Part shown: one piece after another, positions 43,701 through 51,197 of the stretch | How positions within the stretch are numbered: position 1 is the stretch's first letter | Layout of the letters: each line of letters begins with the position of its first letter | Virus record (IMG/VR): IMGVR_UViG_3300007344_000034 | Coordinates: 1 to 57,495 of that record | Length of the DNA: 57,495 nucleotides | Direction: 5' to 3' (one strand) | Source: a virus | Taxonomy: Duplodnaviria > Caudoviricetes | Translations under genes and position numbers: made by a program | Notes under the pieces: model-generated | Database searches by the model: none | What the model saw: only the letters and a program-made list of their open reading frames with translations | What the model was told of the DNA's origin: nothing

Positions 43701-45021
43701 CAACTAACTCACTTATGCGAGCGTTATACTCTGCTTGGGTAGCATCTAGTAAAGCATCCGCACTATCCGCGTCTTGTTTAGCGGCTCCCACTTCTGCATC
43801 GGCCACGGTGGACTCAGGGCGGAGTTTTGCAAGCATTTCTTCTGCTGTCGTTTGCCCCGCTGGCGGTGCCTCTGGTTCAGCTTCAGTTGTGGTAGCTCCT
43901 TCAGGGCGAAGTCTAGCTAGTAGCTCTTCTGCCGCAACCTCTCCGGGGCCACGATCATCAACTACAGGAGCTGGTTCTGCAGGTGGTGTGGATGGCGGGG
44001 GTGTAGTAGGAGTTTCGGGGCCACGAGGTATACCGGCTATACCACCAAGCGGCGCGGCAGCGAAACCTTCCATAGAGGCTTGAGCCGCTACACCTGCACC
44101 TAAATCAACATCAAACCCTTCACGTTGCAATGCAAGATTCTGTGCAAATTTTTCTTGCCCAGCCTGAATAGATTCAGGAATTGCTTCTGCGACCGTGCCT
44201 TTTGCTAGGCGTGCTGCTATGTTACCGGACAGTTTTTTTACTAAAATTCTTTCGAGCGGCCCTACTGCGGCACCTGCGCCAAGGAGCGTACCCAAAAGAA
44301 TTTGGTCTATGTTTTCGCCACCATAAGCCTGTGCTTGTTCTGCTGCGGCGGCAGCGCGTTCAGGGTCCACCCCTTCTTTTAATAACTCACTTTCTACAGC
44401 GTCATACACGCCACCTTTTACAATACCTGCTCCAGTTACAGCACCGAGCCCAACAAGCGCGGGTGTCCCTAGTAAGCTAGTTGCAATAAAAGGTATGGCG
44501 CTACCGCCAGCTTGCGAAATAATTCCACTAGGATCTGCGGCTACCGCTTGTAAACCCGCGATAAGCTCTTCTTTAATCCCTTTACCTTCTGCATCCGCGA
44601 TGATCTGTGCGGCGCGTTCGGCGTCAGCTTGCCCTTCGGCGGATAGTAAAGCGGCTAAATGCTTATCCGCTCGCTTCATAAATTTAGATGCGTCGCTACT
44701 AGCACCACCAAATGCGTCAATAGCTGCGTCAACTATGGTTAAAGTTCCCCGCTGAACTCCTATACCAATATCCGCTAATGATTCACCAAAAGAAGCATCG
44801 GACTCTTGTACCCGTCTAAATTCATCCTGCGCGGCTTTAGTTCTTGCTTCAGCAGCGGCTAGGTTTTCCTGCATCTGCTGATCTATGGGATCTACAGAAT
44901 CAGTTGCGGGCGCAGACAATTGTTGATTAAGTAAAGCAGCTAACTGAGCATCAGTAGCACCTTCGGGGCCTTCTACATCAAACTTACGTCCGTCTTTTAA
45001 CGCTAATTCGTAGATTGGCAT
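37786..45021 (-). CDS. Large polyvalent ejection/internal virion protein (zincin HEMGH, PLxRFG-like region)
   Basis: 2411 aa, last late gene; hydrophobic Gly/Ala N-region; GKFDP...HEMGH...EEFVAE zincin; YFPLERVGKF. Confidence 0.8.
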   Translation of the reverse strand: MPIYELALKDGRKFDVEGPEGATDAQLAALLNQQLSAPATDSVDPIDQQMQENLAAAEARTKAAQDEFRRVQESDASFGESLADIGIGVQRGTLTIVDAAIDAFGGASSDASKFMKRADKHLAALLSAEGQADAERAAQIIADAEGKGIKEELIAGLQAVAADPSGIISQAGGSAIPFIATSLLGTPALVGLGAVTGAGIVKGGVYDAVESELLKEGVDPERAAAAAEQAQAYGGENIDQILLGTLLGAGAAVGPLERILVKKLSGNIAARLAKGTVAEAIPESIQAGQEKFAQNLALQREGFDVDLGAGVAAQASMEGFAAAPLGGIAGIPRGPETPTTPPPSTPPAEPAPVVDDRGPGEVAAEELLARLRPEGATTTEAEPEAPPAGQTTAEEMLAKLRPESTVADAEVGAAKQDADSADALLDATQAEYNARISELVVDQNLSPEEAELQVAEAQPELKAKLDNAIAGVEEARVRTKEAEKKITAEKTAEEAARVSDLEALLEQERSQQEQDAEAQREQPKTTETTIERTTPEGETTVETTRTQTARGVLAEQQSVKEEQDKRRELLNDPKKLAEYAEETGQTVEEAQALLEQNVVDNLAREGELDDVVNSPEFKELQAEEKAKASKIKFKDTTDPNAEKAALGLAPEEETTPENQRIANIEGLVSYARQKKQVAASKYNTAAREARRLIQRLQPSLTPEQLDSEAASYLQESAEKVALDNATQDLDVLQTEAREGQQERLSQSGASLKRTNEIANRLRAEQKALGKDKSEQLENANVVPDALSEADTEVIDNARNGGYPDANDAKLNPYNALRIYASKSDRPEDVINYIAYDIVYPLSKKVKYEEGKAPAPVYTDQVAQPTISLAQVREHLGKPEGKISQKLQDQARRELGESEQYFEAREINRGLYHRPTALAAAKYLRQYGSKEVRNLLSERLAAWRRSRLTILAAYNNMNMDPDAFIKPNAAAEAVDHVEQRRIEDARLAAEGVVELNKETENLRKQLGAKTPVASKNERKNLLTSQLARGGFLEGLNDLAVAIVLNDTVKLAGEPSFADVVTIYGGDLAITRAFETDEIRDVIREQRALGRYKKVEAKDGQPLSRAERVEASEIDLIKEEDVIKELEQQKRDGEIDVAAFSDEQTDQLIKEARDTFGPIDDDFEAIEDVLADNGIEVYLEYNALMASEALVPPSVYQALKAGDLRLTLDLLQQSTPNKMLARTIRKFMENVGTTKIQLTPGLVDAKGKPVPGKFDPTTNTISINPDEGVTAHAIMHEMGHAITLDTIRNKPGSIHVKRLRTIYDSLKNRLSTAYGAQSLEEFVAEFKSNVEFRKEVARLTAKGQRVSAAREIIRAIRNLLRRVMGLEPKGSEATVAEIDTLIDSIIDPAPYSASGAPAYLNSDRGGVKKIFKHMAINQRRKASEKDRASLLDKILSFLGSPFRLFAQRTLLGAADLLTVSQIYEALGMGRTGFKVQRSIETQRARLVKSDQAVQDEVDNLAEWFDSVGPQAEARFNAVVYSSEFGATIFQIDPNKPRSEYAGKLAKDDVTDLGDVWDDLQRVWNQIGRDVGKGGVNGQQMFNRLRKFYSDQRKSMLEIIQATFKDIMPGDQDASVRQTLISRLLAEQDTLEVYFPLERVGKFMLSYNLDPNSVERGVEPYVVRFFETDKQRERAILELSNDPTVINESFSTDDSGSMEQVAKESPPSSFVNALLTALNNNPETSGEAGRALREQVLRTFVNALPQTAIARSLQKRKGTLGYEANSLLALKNRAFEFGRQVVRMQAVKELNAYQNTINNFALPTYQQVQALIERNPNSTLYDIARANNLTVEYMQRMIEIAGSRNPRRAQRKYHDSIRVVTRELNDRINFAREGARFKGAEEIAKTLNQSAFLFTIGFNVSSYLVNMSQVPLFAFPYLGADYGYTNAYGAIRKAMNQVGVFKNNIESYYTLDEQGNFAVMDTVTDARQRALLEELAPVVQEASGRGLLNQTYIADVIALGEQKNLLDTITGLSAFMFNHGERFNRQVTLMAIYQMAIERQKKLNDARPADRKLADSVVKKRAIEEAIEKTQMVNGGTVIETGMRYTNQNVGRVAGMYKGFGVRMYTTMFMALRDLLKGMYPGSDAETKRKRNVAFKQLVGLHGSAALFAGVYGIPIYGAIALAYNTFADEDEDDFDTVVRKAIGEFYFKGPLNELTGLDVASRVRLTGLVIQENRYNTNASPEENLLFYLGGPALSVGKRFARGVADLQEGNIERGIENMLPAAISNAYKAMPIGRYQKDDGIYTRRGDPIYADMTHGELAAQLLGFPPAEYTARQERNLRDKRIEKAVTTTRTKLLRKYYIAARAGDLDAMSDAIDEILDYNDRHPYAAIDGETLDKSMKQHIKASAEMFDGVSISPIMRDAINMSRMDYSFY

Positions 45022-45036
45022 ACGTTCTCCCTATGC

Positions 45037-47385
45037 CTACTTAACTCGTGAGCTTGCTATGTCGCCCGGAGCAACAGTATTTGGTAATAACTGCCTCTGT
45101 ATTCCAGCGAGTTCATTTTCTCGTTGTCTCAATAATCTATTTAGCCCCGACGTTCTTCTCTCAATTTCTTCATCTAGTTTTGCTTTCAGCGCTTGGTACT
45201 CCGCAACTACTTTGTCACTCGCGTCAGGAGCACTGGCTTGCATTTCTAATTTTGGTAGTTTCAAAAATTGTTGTGAATTTCTTACGTCATCGGCAACGTC
45301 GTTAATATCAGTTTGTATTTTTCTTATACCCTCTAGACTGCTTGATCGCGTAGAGCTGAGTCTAGTAAGTAGATTAGCTTCAGCCTGTCCTTCCGCAATG
45401 GCTTGAGTAGCAGCGGCCTTTTTCATACCAACACGTTCTGTAACATCAGCGCTATACAAACTCGCTGCAACTGAATTGGCATTAGTAGCCAACTGAGTCG
45501 CGGTTTGACGTATAGAGTTAGCACGTTGCCCGTACACTTGAGCAAGAAGCCTATCTGTAGCTGCCTTCTCTTTAGCATCCATTTGCTCAAGGCTAAGACC
45601 GAGCTGTAAGAGTTCACGATCTTCTTTCTTAGCGGCTGTAATTGAATCTGCGTATTGCTTAGTAGCTGGAAGTGCGGCTTTACCAAGCGCTTGCAACGCT
45701 GTTTGTCCGCCACCTTGGCCGAGCATGCCAAGCCCCGCTTGCAATAACGCCATGCTAAACGCTTCTTTCTTAGCTGACTTGAAGCGTGCGTCACGGTCCT
45801 TAACCAATGCTTCCATTTCTTTACGGAACTCGCCCTTGGCCGCGGGCTTCATAATTTCTTCAATCTTCTTATTAAAGTCGCCGTCAGCCTCTGTAAGTAA
45901 AGAATCAAATTTGTCGGTAATTGCTTTGCTTTGTTCTTGAATAGCGGTAAGCGCCGCAGACGCTGCTGTAGGATCAGTGGCTTCAACCTTCGGAGCATTA
46001 ACTTTCTCAACCACCTCCTGAACATTATTTATTTGATCTGAAACTGATTCTGATCCTGATTCAGTCTGTGCAGCGGCTCTCAATTCCGCTTCTTTCTTCT
46101 CTAGTTCCGCTACTTTTGCTAGAGCCTCATCGCCTTTAAGCATTGTGCCTTCTTTAGGTACAAACGTGCTTTCCGCTTCCGCTGCTTTAGCTGCTTGTTC
46201 AGCTTCAAATTTAGCTCTAACGTCGTCACGGGTAGGCATCCGATCAGTATCTTGGTCTTGGAATCTACGACCTTTTAACCAATCTGGTATAAGACCTACA
46301 TTAGCTCGTCTTTCAGACATCCGCATTACGTTGTCTTGCATTTCTTGTTGAGCAGCAGTTAGCGGTACAGCATCCACCCCAAAATCTCTAGCCTCTTGCG
46401 TGCTTGCTAGCCCCGCTGGAGCCTCTGTTTGTTTAGGAGTCATTGCACGAGTTTTTCCTAGGATAGCTTCTGCACGAGCGATGGTGCCCTCATCCCCTAA
46501 CCCAAATGAACCTATACCTGCAGGTACATTAGAAGCTATCTTTTTGCCCTGTTCCACCGCGCCTAGAAGCCCAGCATCGTCCGTGCTAGAAACTTGACGC
46601 TGTAGCCTTTTAGCGTCCTGTGTGTCCGCCCGCATGTTATTAAGGTATGCATCGAATCCGGGAAGGGTAAATCCAGAAGATTCTTCGACTGGAGCAGTAT
46701 CCACAGGATTAGCGGCAGCGATACGTGCTTGCCTTGCTGCCTCTCCGGGAACTGCCGCTGGCTCAGCGTTTTTGAGTTGGTCAAACAGGTTCGTTTCAGT
46801 AAGAGGCGCTGCGCCGGTGAAGCTAGCGTCTTGGTTTAGACGAGAGTCAGTTACAGCCTGTCCGCCGGGGCTAGTCACGGCGCCCATTTTTTTAATGTTT
46901 TCTATCTGAGCGTTAATCTCAGCCCGTTCTTGAGCACTGCCAGCAGCCATATATGCTTGCCCAAGCTGAGCTAGTAGCTGTTCTTTACTTAGTACGGCTC
47001 CTTTGCTAAAGCTAACAATACCACCCGGTGCATAATTACCTTCAACGTAGTCAATAGAATTAACACCGCCGCCCATAGCCATACGAGGCATCTGTTGTGG
47101 CATGCCCATCTGAGGTGGACGCTGAGCCATCTGCTGCGCCTGTGGCGTAGCCGCCATACCCTGTGGTGGCATCTGTGGCTGTGGGTTCATAACCTGTTCA
47201 GCGACGGTAGGCTGTTGAGCTTGCTCTTGCGCCGCTGCGTTACGCATGCGGTCGATAAACATACCTGCCATAACTGCTTCAGTAGGAGCAATTAACCCCT
47301 GTGCTGCAGCTTGTTGAATTTTCTTCTTGTTACCACCGTACTTCTTGGCGATTTCTTCAGGAGCTGTGATGCTATATGCGTTCAT
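45037..47385 (-). CDS. Internal virion/ejection protein
   Basis: 782 aa, Ala/Gln-rich and helical; QQPTVAEQ, YAPGGIVSF, ALLQAGLGML. Confidence 0.7.
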   Translation of the reverse strand: MNAYSITAPEEIAKKYGGNKKKIQQAAAQGLIAPTEAVMAGMFIDRMRNAAAQEQAQQPTVAEQVMNPQPQMPPQGMAATPQAQQMAQRPPQMGMPQQMPRMAMGGGVNSIDYVEGNYAPGGIVSFSKGAVLSKEQLLAQLGQAYMAAGSAQERAEINAQIENIKKMGAVTSPGGQAVTDSRLNQDASFTGAAPLTETNLFDQLKNAEPAAVPGEAARQARIAAANPVDTAPVEESSGFTLPGFDAYLNNMRADTQDAKRLQRQVSSTDDAGLLGAVEQGKKIASNVPAGIGSFGLGDEGTIARAEAILGKTRAMTPKQTEAPAGLASTQEARDFGVDAVPLTAAQQEMQDNVMRMSERRANVGLIPDWLKGRRFQDQDTDRMPTRDDVRAKFEAEQAAKAAEAESTFVPKEGTMLKGDEALAKVAELEKKEAELRAAAQTESGSESVSDQINNVQEVVEKVNAPKVEATDPTAASAALTAIQEQSKAITDKFDSLLTEADGDFNKKIEEIMKPAAKGEFRKEMEALVKDRDARFKSAKKEAFSMALLQAGLGMLGQGGGQTALQALGKAALPATKQYADSITAAKKEDRELLQLGLSLEQMDAKEKAATDRLLAQVYGQRANSIRQTATQLATNANSVAASLYSADVTERVGMKKAAATQAIAEGQAEANLLTRLSSTRSSSLEGIRKIQTDINDVADDVRNSQQFLKLPKLEMQASAPDASDKVVAEYQALKAKLDEEIERRTSGLNRLLRQRENELAGIQRQLLPNTVAPGDIASSRVK

Positions 47386-47388
47386 CTC

Positions 47389-48339
47389 TTATCGTCCCAA
47401 GTTATACAGACCAAGAGCAGACAGTCCGAGACCACCTACCTGCTGTAGCATTGATGGAGGCTGGGCATACGCAGTCTGCGTAGAACCCATTTGTACTGGC
47501 AAGCCACGAAGAATCGAGCTGTAGAAGCCAAGCTGTTCTTGCGGATAATCACGCTGGCGTAAGAAGTCAGAATACGACATATCCATACGCTGTTGGTCAA
47601 GCGCACGTTGCTCACCGGCAGACGCAGCCTGTGCCTGCAACCGTTGTAGGTTTGCGGCCTGTTCTTGTGTACCTAATTGACCAAGCTGGGCGCCCATTTG
47701 GCCGACTTGCCCTAAACCCTGCAGTCCAGTCTGGATGCCCTGTAATCCCAGTTGCGAACCAAACTGTTGTGCCTGTTGGGCTGCTTCAAAACCTTTTTGA
47801 GAGCCAGCCGCTTGGATATTAGCAAGTTGTGACCCTAGATTACGTTCTCTTTCGGTCTGTGCCAAGAGTTGTCTTGCACCGCCGTACGTTCCTTGTCTAG
47901 CCGCCCCTAGGCTCGCACCTAGTTGTTGCTTCTGTGCATCACGAATAGCAGATTGCTTTTGTACGTCTACAACATTCTGCATATAAGGAGACATATAAGA
48001 CTGGATCTGACTTGGATCGGTAGCCATCTGAGCGTACTGCTGACCAGCGCCCATAGCCTGTGCGCCCGCGCCTAACGAACCTAGCCCTGCGGCTGTCGTC
48101 ATCTGATTAGCGCCTTGGAACTGCCCCGGAGTCTGCATACCAGCAACTTCGCCCTGTACGGCTTGCTGTTCTGGTGTGAACCCAGCAATACGCTGACCTT
48201 GGTATGGCGTGTAATCCCTGTAGGATTCAGCCTGAGTCCGTTGCAAAAGATTCTCAAAATACGGACGAGCGTATTCCGGCAGGTTAGTCTGCGTTACTGT
48301 TTGGCTGCTTGGTTGTGAAGGTCCGCTACCCTTACCCAT
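47389..48339 (-). CDS. Internal virion/ejection (pilot-like) protein
   Basis: Gln/Gly/Ala-rich; YMSPYMQNVVD, GTYGGARQ; C-terminal GGLGLSALG. Confidence 0.75.
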   Translation of the reverse strand: MGKGSGPSQPSSQTVTQTNLPEYARPYFENLLQRTQAESYRDYTPYQGQRIAGFTPEQQAVQGEVAGMQTPGQFQGANQMTTAAGLGSLGAGAQAMGAGQQYAQMATDPSQIQSYMSPYMQNVVDVQKQSAIRDAQKQQLGASLGAARQGTYGGARQLLAQTERERNLGSQLANIQAAGSQKGFEAAQQAQQFGSQLGLQGIQTGLQGLGQVGQMGAQLGQLGTQEQAANLQRLQAQAASAGEQRALDQQRMDMSYSDFLRQRDYPQEQLGFYSSILRGLPVQMGSTQTAYAQPPSMLQQVGGLGLSALGLYNLGR

Positions 48340-48772
48340 ATTTCCGCTCCTCGACCTGTACGTCTACAGGTAGTTCGTAAGTCTGCCATAGCGGTTTGTA
48401 GCCATCAGACTTGAATACTTTACTCCATCCTACCCTTCCGGTGGATTCTATTCCGTCACAGTCGTTGTCTTTTGACCAACGCTGCAATAATTCTAACATT
48501 GGTCCTTGCCAAGTATTAACTTCAACGCCACCGCAAAACTGCATACATAACATACGCTTACGAGGGTAATCGCTAAAATTTGTAACAACTGCACCTTTTA
48601 TACCTTCTTCAGTAAACGCAATCCACAATGTGTAATCATAGTCGGTGATTAAGTCCAAAATGTCGCTAACTTCGTAGCGTCCATAAGTGTAATCAGCCGC
48701 ACCCTGCATATACTCTGTAACGTCCGGCCAAACCTGTTTGACGTATTCAGCCGGTACAGCAGATACTTGCAT
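48332..48772 (-). CDS. GNAT-like virion assembly protein (P22 gp14/T7 gp13 position)
   Basis: 146 aa; YPRKRML...GG...CDGIESTGRVGW; lies within the ejection gene cluster. Confidence 0.55.
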   Translation of the reverse strand: MQVSAVPAEYVKQVWPDVTEYMQGAADYTYGRYEVSDILDLITDYDYTLWIAFTEEGIKGAVVTNFSDYPRKRMLCMQFCGGVEVNTWQGPMLELLQRWSKDNDCDGIESTGRVGWSKVFKSDGYKPLWQTYELPVDVQVEERKYG

Positions 48773-50535
48773 TAAGCCACCAGTTGTTTCAGCCCTGTGC
48801 TCTGCCCGCGTCCATTCTTCTTACGCGACTTTCGAGCTTGTTCCATAAGTGCATATAGTTTTTTCTCGCCAACCTTGAGCGATCCACCACCGTACATTGC
48901 TACAGCATCTGGCGGCATATAAACCTCATCACGGGCAACCATTGCTGGCTGCATACCGTCAATATTCGCTGGGATAGAGTCGCTAGTGCCGTCACCCGGT
49001 CCCATAATAGGCTGTCCACCGATCCGTGCAAACCGCTCCATGCCCGCATTTGAGCTACCGTTACCGACTTCAGACACAGTGTGTGCATCGACAACAAAGC
49101 CGTTATTGTGCATGTCTACTTCGCCACCTTCTGCATAATAACCATCAGCGCGTAGTTGTGGGCCGATCTGTGGGTGGTTTAAAAAGTGATTTATTATAGA
49201 ACTTTGATGTTGTTGCCCTGTTAAATTAGTACCGGCAAACCCTGTACCACGCCCAATCTTACCTTGCGCTTGTAGATCAGCGAGGCTTTGTGTTTTATAC
49301 CCCGGTAACCCACTTACACCTTGCGTTTGCATTTGCCCTTGTACTGGCTGGGTAGACGGTACGTTAGCCATAGGCTGGAAGCCATAATCAAACTCGGCGT
49401 CTCGCCCTGCTACATAACTCGTTGGCGCTATCTTAGCCCCACCACCTTCTGCAAAACTATATAGGTCTGGATTCTGCTGGTAGTCCCGCATGCGCTCTGG
49501 ATCAGTCGCTATTTCTACTGGGATACCTGCAAAGCGCGGTGCATCTGGGCCGTACGTATTCTCTGGGAGTGGCGTACTAGAAGCCATAGGCTCAAAACCC
49601 GGTGATGGGTTTACAACGTCAAAATACTGGAACTCAGAAGAATCAGTAGGATCACGTTCAGGGCCGGGGTAACGCACCTTGCGCTCTGTAGGCTTATACG
49701 GACCGTCGTAGTTGTATTCATATTCTTCTACTTCAGGCATTGGTGCTGGTTGACTTAGTGGTCCCGCCAATGCGGCTCCGGCTGTTGTAGCCAAACCTGT
49801 ACCACCACCAAGTTGGGCCATTGCTGCGTTACGCGCCGCTTCTTGTGTAGCTGCCGTACCCGAAGTGCCAAGGATATTACTTATACCAGATCCTGCTTGA
49901 GCTAAATTACCCATAGCTGTTGTTGGAGCAGCGTAAGTAGCTGCGCTAATCGGAGTAGCTAAACCACTAGCTGCTGAACTAGACCCCGCTTGCATTGCGG
50001 TTTGAAGCGCGGAAGGGGCCGCTTGAGTTGCTACTGGACTAAACGCTGAACTAGCCCCTGTTGTTAAACTGCTTTGAAGTGGTGTTGTAGCCAAGCTAGG
50101 AGTTTGAGTAGCTGCAGATTGTAATGCGGTCTGCCTACCCGCTTCTGATGCGGCCATCGTACCCGCTTGATTACCTGCGGCATACGCTGCTGAACCTAGT
50201 CCTGCGCCACCGTATGCACCAAGACCAGCCATTAGACCTTTACCAAGATCACCAGTACGCACACCTTCTACGCCGCCAACAATCAGGCCAGCAGTCAGTG
50301 GATTGATCGCGCCACCTGAGAATATAGTGAGACCAGCACCAATCAACGTAGGTAATAAGGATTTGAGGAAGCCAGCTTCAGGTAGACCCGTTTCTGGGTT
50401 TGTGGATAAGCTACCGCCGTAGGCCATCGCCAACTGCTGTAGTCCTTTGACCTCACCGGGGGTCATGTGGACAAGCATTGTGTCGTCGCCGCGTCCCTTA
50501 CTTCGGACTGCTTCTGCTGCGTATTCTAGGCTCAT
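48772..50535 (-). CDS. Internal virion protein with GRGDDTMLVH and GPGDGTSDSIPA modules
   Basis: 587 aa; Gly/Ala hydrophobic segments; FAEGG and YAEGG motifs. Confidence 0.7.
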   Translation of the reverse strand: MSLEYAAEAVRSKGRGDDTMLVHMTPGEVKGLQQLAMAYGGSLSTNPETGLPEAGFLKSLLPTLIGAGLTIFSGGAINPLTAGLIVGGVEGVRTGDLGKGLMAGLGAYGGAGLGSAAYAAGNQAGTMAASEAGRQTALQSAATQTPSLATTPLQSSLTTGASSAFSPVATQAAPSALQTAMQAGSSSAASGLATPISAATYAAPTTAMGNLAQAGSGISNILGTSGTAATQEAARNAAMAQLGGGTGLATTAGAALAGPLSQPAPMPEVEEYEYNYDGPYKPTERKVRYPGPERDPTDSSEFQYFDVVNPSPGFEPMASSTPLPENTYGPDAPRFAGIPVEIATDPERMRDYQQNPDLYSFAEGGGAKIAPTSYVAGRDAEFDYGFQPMANVPSTQPVQGQMQTQGVSGLPGYKTQSLADLQAQGKIGRGTGFAGTNLTGQQHQSSIINHFLNHPQIGPQLRADGYYAEGGEVDMHNNGFVVDAHTVSEVGNGSSNAGMERFARIGGQPIMGPGDGTSDSIPANIDGMQPAMVARDEVYMPPDAVAMYGGGSLKVGEKKLYALMEQARKSRKKNGRGQSTGLKQLVA

Positions 50536-50552
50536 AGCTTAATTATCCTCAT

Positions 50553-51197
50553 TTACGGCGGTGTTGCAATGGTAAACCCACGTGTGCTAGAGACGAAGTT
50601 TACCGCCATTACGGCTGATGCAATACCCGGATAGGGCGCAGATGCTGCTGTAGAGTCAAATTTTAAGTCTAAATTATCAGCGGCATAACGTATTTTTATG
50701 TAACTACCAGCAGCTAAGTCGATGTTAAAGTTCCAGTTTACTTCCTCATACGCGCTGTTTGAGCTGATTGTGTAGGCATGCGCTGAGAACCCAATATCTG
50801 TACCATCACGGTTAATCCATATCTGCATAGTCTTAGCGTTAGAACTTGCACTAAATAGCTGTGCGGACAACTGGAAGTTGTAGATGCCAGTACGAGTCGC
50901 ATAGATTTCTTTACTGTTAGTCAGCGTTAGCTCGTTCTCAAAATACACATTGTTGTAAGTCAGGTCATACGCTGTGTCTACGACAACAGGGGCTTGGTCT
51001 TGAGTGCTGTAATACAAAGCGGATGGGACAGTCAGCTCATCACCACGGCCTTTGAAATATTCAGCCTGTAACGGGGTCTGTGAGTCTAGCTGGTTGAAGT
51101 AGACCTCAAGCACACGGATCAACTGGCGTTGTGTTTCCGCATCGTACTCTATGGTAGGGTTCGGCAGTGGTGCCGCCCTAAACTTCTCCATCGCCAT
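50553..51197 (-). CDS. Tail needle/knob-like protein (C1q/TNF-like beta domain)
   Basis: Start moved to ATG 51197 (TAATG); short coiled coil, then TGIYNFQLSAQ jelly-roll. Confidence 0.6.
   Translation of the reverse strand: MAMEKFRAAPLPNPTIEYDAETQRQLIRVLEVYFNQLDSQTPLQAEYFKGRGDELTVPSALYYSTQDQAPVVVDTAYDLTYNNVYFENELTLTNSKEIYATRTGIYNFQLSAQLFSASSNAKTMQIWINRDGTDIGFSAHAYTISSNSAYEEVNWNFNIDLAAGSYIKIRYAADNLDLKFDSTAASAPYPGIASAVMAVNFVSSTRGFTIATPP

Noticed and set aside
41483-44083. Ser-rich plus-strand ORFs up to 205 aa
   Set aside because: Antisense artefacts of the Glu/Ala-rich 2411-aa gene.
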